From Felis catus (taxonomy: Eukaryota), in the NCBI RefSeq assembly GCF_018350175.1, contig NC_058368.1, forward strand, positions 90,336,001-90,396,000: DNA of 60,000 nt. The letters run 5' to 3'. Below the pieces are notes generated by a model, which was given only the letters and a program-made list of their open reading frames with translations, made no database searches and was not told the origin of the DNA. The position numbers were made by a program, and so were the translations under genes. Positions 48,805 to 59,645 of this stretch are shown one piece after another (the first letter of the stretch is position 1; each line of letters opens with the position of its first letter).

Positions 48805-49045
48805 GGTTGTTTTGGTTTTTTTGTAATAGTTTTATTGAGGCATAATTTGCATACCATAAAATTCACTTGTTTTCAAGTTCTAGTTCGATGATTTTTAGTA
48901 AATTTACAGAGTTGTGAACTATCATCACAATGAAATTTTAGAATATTTCCATCAGCCCAAAAAGACCCCTCCTACCCATGTGCAGCCAATCCCTGTTCCC
49001 ACCCCCAGCTCCAAGCAACCACTAATCTACTTCCTATCTATAGCT
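48805..49045 (-). mobile_element. Antisense L1M 3'-terminal fragment
   Basis: TTTTATTGAGGCATAATTTGCATACCATAAAATTCAC...GCAACCACTAATCTACTT. Confidence 0.75.
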
Positions 49046-49116
49046 TTTATGGCTGGTATTTTAAATAACAGTCTCTGTGATTTTACCTTGTTCACAGCTG
49101 CCGGGTCACACATCTC

Positions 49117-49122
49117 AATAAA
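49117..49122 (+). terminator. Candidate distal polyadenylation signal (AATAAA)
   Basis: AATAAA in unique sequence, followed by a T/GT-rich TTGTTTGCTTTC. Confidence 0.45.
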
Positions 49123-49197
49123 TGCAGCAAAACATCAAGGAAAATGAATAATTGTTTGCTTTCTTAACAAGAAAATGTCATTAATCAGTGTCATTTC

Positions 49198-50384
49198 CTT
49201 TTTTTTTTTAACGTTTATTTATTTTTGAGAGAGAGAGAGACAAAGCATGAACGGGGGAGGGTCAGAGAGAGAGGGAGACACAGAATCTGAAACAGGCTCC
49301 AGGCTCTGAGCTGTCAGCACAGAGCCCGACATGGGGCTTGAACTCACGGACTGCGAGATCGTGACCTGAGCCGAAGTCGGACGCTTAACCGACTGAGCCA
49401 CCCAGGCGCCCCATCCTTTCTACTATTTACACAAACAGGCCACATTGCCATAAAGAAATTTCAAAGGGCTCATACCAGAAAGACTGTGTTCTTGGCCATA
49501 ATGAAATTAGGTAAAGATATACATAAAAATCCCACAAGGTTGGCAGTTTAAAGTATTAAATTGATTGTAATCAATTAGATTGAAATGAAATGAAATTTGG
49601 GTAAATGTTTTATATCATGTAGAAGTCTAAACGTGAGAATATACCAAAGAAATTAAACAGAAGACTATAAAACAAGAATCTAGCCTTTCCTATGATAAAA
49701 GAATATACAAAAATGTACAATAGTACTTTCGTCTATTATTCAACCTGTGATGATACTCAAAATATTTAACAACCAGAACAGTTAACACAAAATATATGAA
49801 TACAAGTAAAACTTTAAAAATATTTTTATCCTGTAAGTAAACACAATTGTGTAGTTTTTAAGGGCTTACCAAGTGATGTTGTACCAATCCAAGTCATTTT
49901 TTTAATTCCCAAGAAAATGAATTTTTTTAATGTTTATTTTTGAGAGAGAGTATGCAGGGGGAGGGGCAAAGAGCAAGGAGAGAATCCCAAGCAGATAGCT
50001 TAAAGCCCTACACAGAGCTCCATCTCAAAAACCATGAGATCATGACCTGAACCAAAACAAGAGTCAGACACTTAACTGAGCCACCCAAGGCGCCCCAAAA
50101 TATATATGAGTTTTAAAGATTACATATTTATTACGGGAGGAAAACATACAGAAAAGTAGAAAAACAATTTTTCCTAGTTTTAAGATTATTCAGTATTTTT
50201 GTGTTTGTTTTTCAATGTTTATTTATTTGGAGACTGAGAGTGTGAGTGGAAGAGGGGCAGAGAGAGAGAGAATCCCAAGCAGTCAGCTTGAAGCCCACGC
50301 AGGGTTCCACCTCACCAACCGTGAAATCACGACCTGAGCCAAAATCAAGTCAGACACTCAACTGACTGAGCCACCCAGGCGCCC
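49198..50384 (-). mobile_element. Three antisense Can-SINEs (~49198-49412, ~49921-50096, ~50205-50384)
   Basis: Poly-T plus bodies ending GCCACCCAGGCGCCC. Confidence 0.85.
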
Positions 50385-50479
50385 TGTGTTTTTTTCTCTT
50401 TTTCAAAGTTGAACCCGTACCATATATGAAATTTTTATTCTTTTTATTGAACATGAAACATTCTTTTCAGATACCTTCC

Positions 50480-50905
50480 GTTCTCAGCCACAATAATTCA
50501 AACGTGGGAATAAACAAAGACCACTCAAATGAGAACAGGAACTATTTATCTACAGTTTGTTGTAGAAAAGGAGTCAGCCGTCATCACTTGGCAGAGACTC
50601 AAAGGTAGAGGAGTGGGAAAACAAAGAAAGGCTTCAGGTGTGCTCTGATTAGAGGCTGTGGGCAGGGAAGGGGAAGCTGGCTAACTAGAAAGAGTCTTTT
50701 TGTTGCTGTGAGGAGCATAATTGTCCTCAGGTTGGTCCAGAGATGAAAGGCAAAATGCAAAATATAGGGGAATTGGCAGTCATTGACCAAGTCCTGTCTG
50801 CTCTAGAGGTTGTAGATTTGTTTTAGAGGTGGGGGGGGGGGGGTTTGCTATAGAGGTGTTAATATGTGGTCTGGTCACAGTCCTTTTGTAAATTCAGCCT
50901 CTCAA
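50480..50905. mobile_element. Probable solo ERV-type LTR remnant
   Basis: TGAGAACAGGAACTATTTAT...GGAGTCAGCCGTCATCACTTGG...TGCTCTGATT resembles antisense ERV1-class LTRs; subfamily uncertain. Confidence 0.4.
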
Positions 50906-51379
50906 ACATAGTATTTGTAAGCAAATTTGGTTTTTTTCTAACATATGCTATTGTGCAAAAGTTGGATAATTTAAACAATTTCTTAAACAATTTTAAATCA
51001 TATATAACCTTAAGCCCCCACCCCTGGAAATAAATAATACCTGGTTTTACCTAACTGAAGTTATGTACTCTTGTAACTTCTTTGCTTCCCATCGATACAC
51101 ACTGGCCAGCATTTCATGTCAAACTCAGATTTTCTGTAATGGACCTGCATGATGGTCCTTGCTGAGTTACCGTAAGCAACCATTCTTTAGCACATTTCCA
51201 CTTTTTTCTGTTATACGAGAGTGAACACTAATGCATAAATAATAAATCTGGGTGAGTCAGTTATTTTCTTAGTGTAGAGGTAACTGCCAGATCGTTTTCC
51301 ATAAGTTTTTTTTATTTTACTCTTCTACCAGAATCCTGTTTTTCTCACTACATCCTTGTCAAGATTGGGTGTTATAATT

Positions 51380-52260
51380 TTAGTAAGATGTTATCGACAT
51401 GTGGAACGTCTTGACGGGCTGGCGTTAGGGTCCCAGCGCGGTTGGGACAGAAGGGGTGGGTCACTCGGCCCTTCTCCTCCACCTTCCAAAGCGGATCACA
51501 GCGGGGCTTTCTTGGGAGCTGCAGGAGGGTCTGGTGTCGTTTACAGCTGCCTCTCCTCTCTCCCTCTCCCGTAAGCGTGGGGCTGGTGAGCTGCGTGTTT
51601 TCGCGGTCCTCGGGGCTCAGGCTCAAAGGTTACCTGGCTGCCTCTGCCCAGAAGACCCGCAAACCCCAACCACGAGTCCCAGGGGTTGGGCCGGGGCGGA
51701 ACTCCCATTCCCAGTCTGCGACTAGAAGCAGCAGAGGGAATGGTGAGGGCAATGGCCAGACCCCGAGCAGCGGCTGGAAGACTTGCCCTTGCAACTTCAA
51801 TCTTCCCAGCGAGCCCAGCAGGCTAGAGAGGCCCGAAAGCCTGGTGAGGGCGGAGCTGGGGCCGACCGAAGCGCAAAGCGCATGCGCACGTGAGGCGAGA
51901 CGAAGCGGTTGGGGGAGGCGTCTAGTGGACCCTGAACGCGTGCGGGGGACGTAGTTCGGGCGGGCAGGAGAACGGGGCGCATGCGCAGCGGCGAGGGTAA
52001 CCGCAATGGCGGCGCCTCAGCGGTTTCGGGTGCTGCGGTGCTATAGCTGCCGCCTCTTCCAGTCGCACCAGGTGGGGTGGGCACCGGCCTCCCCCTCTGT
52101 TGGGCGTGGGGACGGCGTGCGGGACTTGGCGGGACCGCGGGGTGCCCGGCCTCCTTCCCGTACCTTGCCCTCAGGCGCGGGCGCCGTCTCCTGCAGTTGC
52201 TTGGGTCTCCCTGAGGCCCGGACACGTGATGATGACTGGCCTTGAGGACTGGGTTTTGAT
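51380..52260 (+). promoter_or_regulatory. CpG island / promoter of MRNIP with two NRF1 sites, an E-box and GC boxes
   Basis: GCGCATGCGC at 51878-51887 and 51977-51986; CACGTG at 51887-51892; GGGCGGAG; YY1-like AATGGCGGC over the ATG. Confidence 0.8.
52006..52071 (+). CDS. MRNIP: MRNIP (MRN complex-interacting protein, C5orf45) coding exon 1
   Basis: gcaATGG; MAAPQRFRVLRCYSCRLFQSHQ matches the recalled MRNIP N-terminus (RVLRCCSCRLFQAHQ); donor CAG|GTGGGG. Confidence 0.92.
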
Positions 52261-53299
52261 ATCTCTTCATAACGTGGTTGTGGGCTTTGTTTTTTTAGTT
52301 TTTGTCATGGCTGTTGTAAAGGATTCGTAGGAACCAGGGGCAGTGGTTTCTGCCGAGGCGGCCTCGTAACTTACAGATAGTTGGGAAAGAGAGGTTGAGG
52401 ATAGCCTCTTTTATGTAGAGCCTAGCTCCCAAAGTGGCTTCTTTCTTAATTTGAATACATGGGAGATGACAGGTTTTAAAACTGAGACACGAACGGGCGT
52501 CCCCTGCTGCCACTGCTTGGCTGTGGCAGTGTCTCCATCCTCATGTTAAGGGACTCGCCGCCTTTCCCATAGTGTAAACAACTCGCGCATGAATATTTTA
52601 AACAGGATAATCGATACTTCTAAAACGTACTGCTTCCCAAACTTTCAAGATGCAATTTAGGGGATGTCATTTAACCTCTTTTTTCCTGGATAGCATTCGA
52701 TCTTCCTGCTTGATGTCACCTAACACTGCTGTCAAGCAGGCGTATCTACTTCTGATAGTCCTCTCTTACCCCTGGTTGTCTGCTAATCTGTGCCCTGAAA
52801 AAGGATAACCTCAAACTTCTTCAAAATGTATGTTTAAAAGTCCGATGCCTGAGTATGTAGTTGTAAGCTCGCTGGGACTGTAAGGGCTGTTTGGGGACTC
52901 AGGAATTGTTTTTACTTACTTCATTTTTTTGGACAGTGTTTTAGGAATTGATATTAAATAGAAATTTCCATTTTTTAAATTATTACACATATATAATGTA
53001 GTACACACTTTCATGGTTGTTTTCAACGATGAAAAGTGATTTGAAACTAAAGGGGGGAAAGAGTTAACAGTTTAATTGCAGGTATGACAATTTCACACAT
53101 CCCCTTTAATTTCAGACAACCTCCGGATTAGGTATTTTACCATTATTATTTTACAGAGATGAGAATACAGCAATCCAGAGAAACCAAGTGGTCTAATAAA
53201 TGGCAGATGCAGAGCTATCTGCAGAGATCCTGTTAAACCATACTGTCTCTCCAGATCCCCCAGAGCTAGCCAGTTACCATGTGTCCTTCCAGACCTTTT

Positions 53300-54470
53300 T
53301 TTTTTTTTTAAGTGCATTTCTTACGTGCAGATGTACCCATAGAAAACATTCTTATGGTGTTTGAGGTTCAATACTGGAGAATTAAATGAATTGTAGGACA
53401 TGCCCACATAAATTTGTACATGTGGCTTGTCCTCCTTAGAATCCTTTTGGGTACTTCAAAAAAACCCAATGGTTTTTGTGTTAGGATCATACATCTATTA
53501 ATTTTTATAAATCAACCCAGGTATTTTTTTTTATTTTTTTTAATGTTTATTTATTTTTGAGACAGAGACAAAGCATGAACAGGGGAGGGTCAGAGAGAGA
53601 AGGAGACACAGAGTATGAAGCAGGCTCCAGGCTCAGCTGTCAGCACAGAGCCGGACATGGGGCTCAAAACTCACAGACCGTGAGATCATGACCTGAGTGG
53701 AAGTTGAAGGCTTAATCGACTGAGCCACCCAGGCACCCCCAGGCATGTTTTTTATGTTAAGCACACTACTCCGTTCCATTTTTTCAAACAACTTTGGTGC
53801 CTTTTGATAATATTTTCTTTGTTGTTGTTATAAATGGACTGTTCCGTTACCTTTTCTAACTAGATAATTGCTTATATAAAGACTCTATTAACTTTTGAAG
53901 CTATATTAACTTTGTATTCATCCCCACCATCTTAGATTGTTTTTAGTGGTTTTTCATTTGGTTTTGAGTTTTCAGGTAAAAAAAAACAATCAAATCTATA
54001 AATAATGATAATGTTTTCCTCATTTCCAGTTTTCGTACCTCTTATTTTTCTTTTCCAATTCCATTTGTAGAAAATAACAATGGTAAATAGTAATGGGGAT
54101 TCTTGACTTGTTCTTGACTTTCATGGGAGACCTGGTAGTGATTCTACAGTTTTAGAGTTGAATGTAAGGTATTTTATCCTGTTAAGAGAGACCCCATCTA
54201 GTTAGATTTATCAAGAATTGGAATTAAATGTTGTGGAATTATTTTTGAGAACCACAGGTAATAGAGATCTAACTAGGCTGTTTGATATGGATAGCCAGTT
54301 TTCCCAGCACCACTTATTAAATAGTCTGTTTTTTCCTCACTCCTAAAATGCCACCTTTACAATGTACTAGCTTTTTATACATATATGTTGTTGGTTTGTT
54401 TTTACACTTTTACTCTTTTCCACTGGCCTTTTTATATCATTATTTTTGATTCAGTTCCACCTGTTTTAAA
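53300..54470 (-). mobile_element. Decayed antisense L1 with an inserted Can-SINE (- ~53523-53739)
   Basis: T-rich L1-like segments (CCAGTTTTCCCAGCACCACTTATTAAATAG); SINE body with CCCAGG(T/C)AT flanks. Confidence 0.6.
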
Positions 54471-54506
54471 TAATTATCTAAGCCAAATTTCTGAAATTCA
54501 TTGTAG

Positions 54507-54566
54507 GAAAAGAAGAGTCTCAAGTGGACGTGCAAAGCTTGTGGAGAGAAGCAGTCATTTTTGCGG
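54507..54566 (+). CDS. MRNIP: MRNIP coding exon 2 (60 nt); the gene continues beyond the window
   Basis: ttgtag|GAA AAG; EKKSLKWTCKACGEKQSFLR (second CxxC); donor |GTGAGT. Confidence 0.92.
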
Positions 54567-55147
54567 GTGAGTCCTGAGAAATGGTATCTAATACCCAGGC
54601 CAGAAAGCCGGTGGGCCCAGCCCTGCAGTAGCGTGTTTCTCATGGGGTCCCAGCATCCCAGTATTGGGACCAAGTTCACTAGATGCAGAGCCTCTGCTCC
54701 CTAAATTCCTGTTCCTTCAGGAAGTGAAATGGATGGAGCAGTGCATGGAAAGTTACCTTCATTTGTTTATTTGGTCAGCGAGTATTTATTGAGTACTTTC
54801 TGCCTGCAGGCACAGGAGAAACAAGGGAAGGCAAAAAACTTTGTCCTTCTTGCCCTCACAGATCTGCTCATGTGGAAGAGGAAGAGAAACCGATGCACAC
54901 ACACTGGCCATTTGAAACTAGATTGAGCACAATGCAGGGAAAATGCAGGAGCCTGTAAGAAGATGACCAGGCAGTCAGACCCACAACCGGTCGGGTGCAT
55001 GTTGGTGCATGCAGGGTGTGGGCATGGGTGGGCTCAGGAAGGGGAGGCCATCAGGAGACCGAGACAGAGAGAATGAAAGCTCGGAGTAAAAGCTTATTTA
55101 GGCCATTGCCGTTCTCTTCAAGTGGATACCTATTTCTCCACCTCATC

Positions 55148-55366
55148 CTTTTTTGCTTTTTTTAATGTGTATGTTTGAGGGAGGAAGCACACATGAGAGA
55201 GAGCAAGAGCATGAGCACAAACAAGGGAGGGGCAGAGAGAGAATCCCAAGAAGGCTTCATACAGTCAATGTAGAGCCCGACACAGGGCTCAGTCTCAACT
55301 GTGAGATCATGACCTGAGCAGAAATCAAGAATCGGATGCTTAACCAACTGAACCACCCAGGTACCC
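55148..55366 (-). mobile_element. Can-SINE
   Basis: Flanks CTCCACCTCATC / CTCCATCTCATC. Confidence 0.85.
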
Positions 55367-55914
55367 CTCCATCTCATCTCTTTGATACCACACAGTGTCC
55401 TGCACCTTTTGCCTCTTTGAGCCCCTGTATACCTTCTCTGGCCCTTGATGCCACCTCTCCACCCTCAGCTCCTTGTTCTCCTTCAGCCATAAGGCCTTTA
55501 TGACCTTGAAACAATCCAGACGTGCTGCACTCTTAAGGCCTTTGTGCTCATTGTTGGAACTTTGCCTAGCTCTTCTCACTATCCTGATCAGATACCATAT
55601 TCGAGTGTGTTTATGTGAGTATTGTTTATCTCCTGGAAGTTCCCTGAGAGCAGAAGCTTTGCCTGTTTTATACTGATACACCCTCTGCACATAGCACAGT
55701 ACCTGGCACAGAGTAAGTGGTCGCTCGATAAATACTTGTTGAGTTGGTAAGTGACCAATCCCATGTTGTTTGGCATTTAGGTTGATCTTCATCTTCATTG
55801 GTAAGAACGATGCTTCAGTGAAGCTTCTTACAAAGAACCTCCTCCTTCACTAGACTAATTACTTCCTTAGGACAAATTCCTAGAAGTTTAAATTGCAGTT
55901 TCAAAGGATATCTT

Positions 55915-57065
55915 TTGACCAAGGCTCTTTTAGTTACAAATAATAGAATATTTCAGAATGGCCTCAACAAAATAGAAAAAAAATGTCCTGGCAAAATAAT
56001 GGGGTATCATGGGGAATTCAGGGGAGGGGTTTCACCCCTGACCCCTTGAAGAACCAGCCCCAAGAATTGAAAAGCTGCCAGCAATGCAGGCATCTTTTCC
56101 TCCCCTCCTCCCCATACCTGATTGTCCCCACATCCTCCTTCCCCTCTCCCTGCCTCCTCTCCTTCCCTTACTATCTCCCCAGATAGTTCACAGTAACACA
56201 CTCCACCCACAGACCATGGACTCTCACTTCAAGCCAACTAGAATAGCTGAGTCCTAATTAATAAACTGGCAGAAGTGATATGATTGGCCCATTTGACCCA
56301 GATGTCCACTTTTGGTCCAGCCAGCTGGGATGGTAGAAGTCGGGCTGATCAGGTCATTGGTCAGCAGTACAGCTGCTGAGGTGCACTCCAAGATTGAGTC
56401 TCAGAAGGCAAGGGGCTGGCTCATGAGCTAGTGACTGCTGCTTGTTTTTGATGTCAGCACATACTTCTAAGTTCTCCTTGAGGAGGCTCTACCTTCTTCC
56501 CAGCACCTCAATGCATGTGCAGTGGTATATGGCTTATGGTAGACTAGGCCACTGTGACAGGACAACAAAATTGTGGTGGCCTAACACAGTAGAAGTTGTT
56601 TCTCTCAATGAGGTGCCTGGCTGGCTTAGTCAAAAGAGTGTGTAACTCTTGAACTCAGTGTCATGAATTCGAGCCCCATGTTGTATGTAGAGATTACTGA
56701 AAATAAATAAACTTTAAAAAAAGAAGAAGTTATTTCTCTTGTTCTTGTAACAGTCCTGAGAGGAATTGAGATCAGCAGGGCAGTTGTCCTTGGTGAGGTC
56801 ATGCAGGGACCCAGGCTCCTTCTATCTTGAGGTTCTGTCACTCCCAGAGGCCTGTCTCCTGCTGCCTGGAGCCACTGAAGGGCAAGAGCACGAAGGAGCT
56901 ACACAGGAGGCTTTGAGGGGCCAGGCCCGGAAGTGGCTCACATCCCACTAGAAAGAACCTAGTCTCAAGGCCACACCTGACTGCAAGGAAGACTAGAAAG
57001 TGTAGCCCAGTCTGTGGCCAGATAGGAGGAGAATGAATTTCAGTATTCAGCCAGTGGTCCCTGCC
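55915..57065. mobile_element. MaLR (MLT1-type) LTR remnants with an inserted short Can-SINE (~56611-56722)
   Basis: TGATTGGCCCA...CCAGATGTCCAC; GTCATGCAGGGACCCAGGCTCCTTCTATCTTG...GGCCACACCTGACTGCAAGG. Confidence 0.55.
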
Positions 57066-57099
57066 ATGCTGGCGAGCGTCCTCCCTGCCACTTAACATC

Positions 57100-57965
57100 T
57101 TTTAAAGCTTTGCCATTCCATTCTGCAGTTCCTCTCCCATTCTTGCTTGAACTTGCCCCAGCTGGGCTTTTATTCCCCACAGTCCAGTAAAATTGCTCAT
57201 GTCAAAGTTATCAGGGATCTCCATTTGCTAAAAACAGTTGTGAGTTCTCACTCCTCCGGTGACTTGACCTATTGGTAGTGTCTGTCACAGTTTGTCACTG
57301 AAACATTGTCTTCACCTGGACTTCCAGTCATCCCACTCCTGGCTTTCCTGCTGTCTTTCTGGCTGTGTTTCTGTCCTCTTTGCTAGTTTTTTTCTAATCT
57401 CCCCAACTTCTAAATGTGAGAATGCTGTGGTGCTCAGTTTGTTGGCCTCTTCTCTAGTGGCACTCCTTCGGTGGTCTGAGATGAGATCACCTGACAGTTC
57501 TGGAATGTCTATCTCAAGCCCCAGGCCTGCCCCTGCACCATCCATTCAGCTCTCTAATGGGTGTCCCAAACCCACCTTTCCAAACAGAAGGCCTCACCTT
57601 ACCCCACCCACCTGCTCTCCCACCGTCCACCCTGTCTCTTACGGGCTAAGTCCCTTGTTAGTTGTTTGGGCTAAAAACATGGAAGTCCTCTCTGACTCCT
57701 TTTTTTTTTTTTTTTTTTTTTCTTAAACACTCTTCATCCAGTCCATCAATAGATTTTGTCAGCTCTACTTTCAGGATGTACCCAGAATGACCATTTGTTA
57801 CTACAGTGGTCTGAGCCACATCAGTGTTTGCAGCAACCTCCTGCTAGCCCACCTGTGTCTGCCCTACAGTCTGCCCTCAGCACCATACCTGAAGGTCCTG
57901 CTAAAACATGTGCTAGGCGAGGTCACTCACCCCAGCCTTCCAAGTTAGAGCAAAACCCATGGTCC
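57100..57965. mobile_element. L2 remnant
   Basis: TTGCTCATGTCAAAGTTATCAGGGATCTCCATTTGCTAAA...TCTACTTTCAGGATGTACCCAGAAT. Confidence 0.6.
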
Positions 57966-57971
57966 TACAGG

Positions 57972-59168
57972 CAGGGCCAAGTGTGCCTGGTACAAAACGA
58001 AATTGTGGGGCCCCTTGTTCAAAAGCAAAAAAAAAGCTGTTAAAAATACTAAAATATTAAGCTTTTCCTTTCCATCCTGGTCTCTCTTGATTTTTTATAA
58101 TGTCTTTTATTTACTGTTGAATGTCTTCCTAAGTAAAGAAAAACTAACATTTTAAAATTATTTTATTATTATTTTTTTTTTATTTTTATGCAGCACCAGT
58201 TTAAAATGCAAAGAGCGTTTAGTCTAGGGGTACCTGGATGGCTCAGTTGGTTTAAGCATCTGACCCTTGATCTCAGCTCACATCTTGATCTCAGGGTCTC
58301 ATGAGTTCAGGCCCCACAGTGGGCTCCATGCTGGTCATGAAGCCTACTTAAAAAAAATAATAAGTGTTTAGTCTATATGTGGAATAATATAAGAACATTT
58401 ACTATATATATGCAGAATCCTCAGAATTGCCCAATTTGTATTTTGGAGCTCATTCATGCCTATGTATTTCATTCTTACCAGAACAGTGGACATGCTGCAC
58501 AAAACTAACTCTGCTCTTTATACTCATTGATACATTCTCTCCACACTCTCCCCCATCAGCTCACTGATTAGCATAAGGAAGGACTGAGAGGGAAAGGAAC
58601 AAGGGTCTCCCTGCCTTGCCCTTTCCTTCCATGTCATGATTTTCAGCATAAGTGATCAGCTGTTCCAGGCAAGTAACAGGAATAAAAAGATATGATAGGG
58701 TTCTTTGATTATTCATGTATTTTTAAAACATCCTTGCCTTCCTTCTGAATCTGAAGCAAGTTCTTGTTCCAGTGGAAAGCCTGCCCTCTCAGGCAGTGGG
58801 TGCTCCCCACATACTCAGGCATAGACAGCAAACACATAGCGTCTACACTCGGAGTCTCAGTGAACACTCCCACGTATTGTGAGTCCACTTTAATTCTGTG
58901 CTCCTGGGTCATTGAGCATGTTGTATGCAAATGGTGTGGCAAGGAACAATGGACTTGTGTAGTGTGTATATCTCCTCTGCTTATGTACGTGCTCCATTAT
59001 CTTATCACACGTATTCAAAAATAAGGCTATTGAGCATTGGTGGTATAGTGGTGAGTATAGCTGCCTTCCAAAGATAAGGTTATTAACATTTTCAAATAAA
59101 AAAATTTTTTTAATGTTTTCAAGATGCCAGCCGCAGAACAGGTCTCGTTCCCATGAGGCTGACTTTGC
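57972..59168. mobile_element. hAT-Tip100 (Zaphod/MER115-like) DNA transposon carrying a short Can-SINE (~58227-58360) and a tRNA-half insertion
   Basis: CAGGGCC...GGGGCCCCTTGTTCAAAA left end; CTCCCACGTATTGTGAGTCCAC...TCTCCTCTGC internal; CCCATGAGGCTGACTTTG right end. Confidence 0.65.
59034..59071 (+). pseudogene. Retroposed 5' half of tRNA-Gly(TCC) (tailless retropseudogene)
   Basis: GCATTGGTGGTATAGTGGTGAGTATAGCTGCCTTCCAA differs at two positions from the recalled tRNA-Gly-TCC 5' half (GCGTTGGTGGTATAGTGGTGAGCATAGCTGCCTTCCAA); ends in the anticodon loop; flanked by imperfect direct repeats. Confidence 0.85.
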
Positions 59169-59189
59169 CTGTAGTAGGGAATAATACAC

Positions 59190-59645
59190 TCAGACCTCAT
59201 CTCCTACCATTTTCCCCCGGACCACTCAGCTCTAGCCATGTGCCCTCCTTACTGTTCCTTCACAGGCTTAGGGTCTTTGCCCTCAAGTGTATTTCATTGC
59301 TTCTGCTGAATGCTTTCCCCCAGCTATCTATGTGGCTTATGCCTCATATCTTTCTATTTTGTGCCCAAATGTCACCTTAGTTATCTATTCCCTGAATGCC
59401 CTGTATAAAATAGTCTACTCTTTCCCCCACACTGCCCCATCCCCTTTCATCACCTTATTTTCCTTGGTGGTACTTCTCGTCATCTGATGGCCACATAGTT
59501 GACTTATGCAGTCTCCTTACACTAGAATGTATGCTCCATGATGACTGATTTTTGTCCACTTCTGTACTGTATTGTCCTTAACTACTCCAGGAGACTGGCA
59601 CATAATAGGTGTTCAGTAAATATTGTTAAACAAATGAGTGACTGC
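59190..59645. mobile_element. L2 3'-end remnant
   Basis: ACTAGAATGTATGCTCCATG...CTGGCACATAATAGGTGTTCAGTAAATATTGTT. Confidence 0.7.

Noticed and set aside
53950..53990. ttttcag|GTAAAAAAA, resembling an alternative MRNIP exon 2 start (VKK)
   Set aside because: Lies in an antisense L1 remnant and has no further similarity
56532..56560. GCTTATGGT (AYG), resembling the expected start of MRNIP exon 3
   Set aside because: No AG acceptor before it, the sequence diverges immediately and it lies in an MaLR remnant; exon 3 is probably beyond the window
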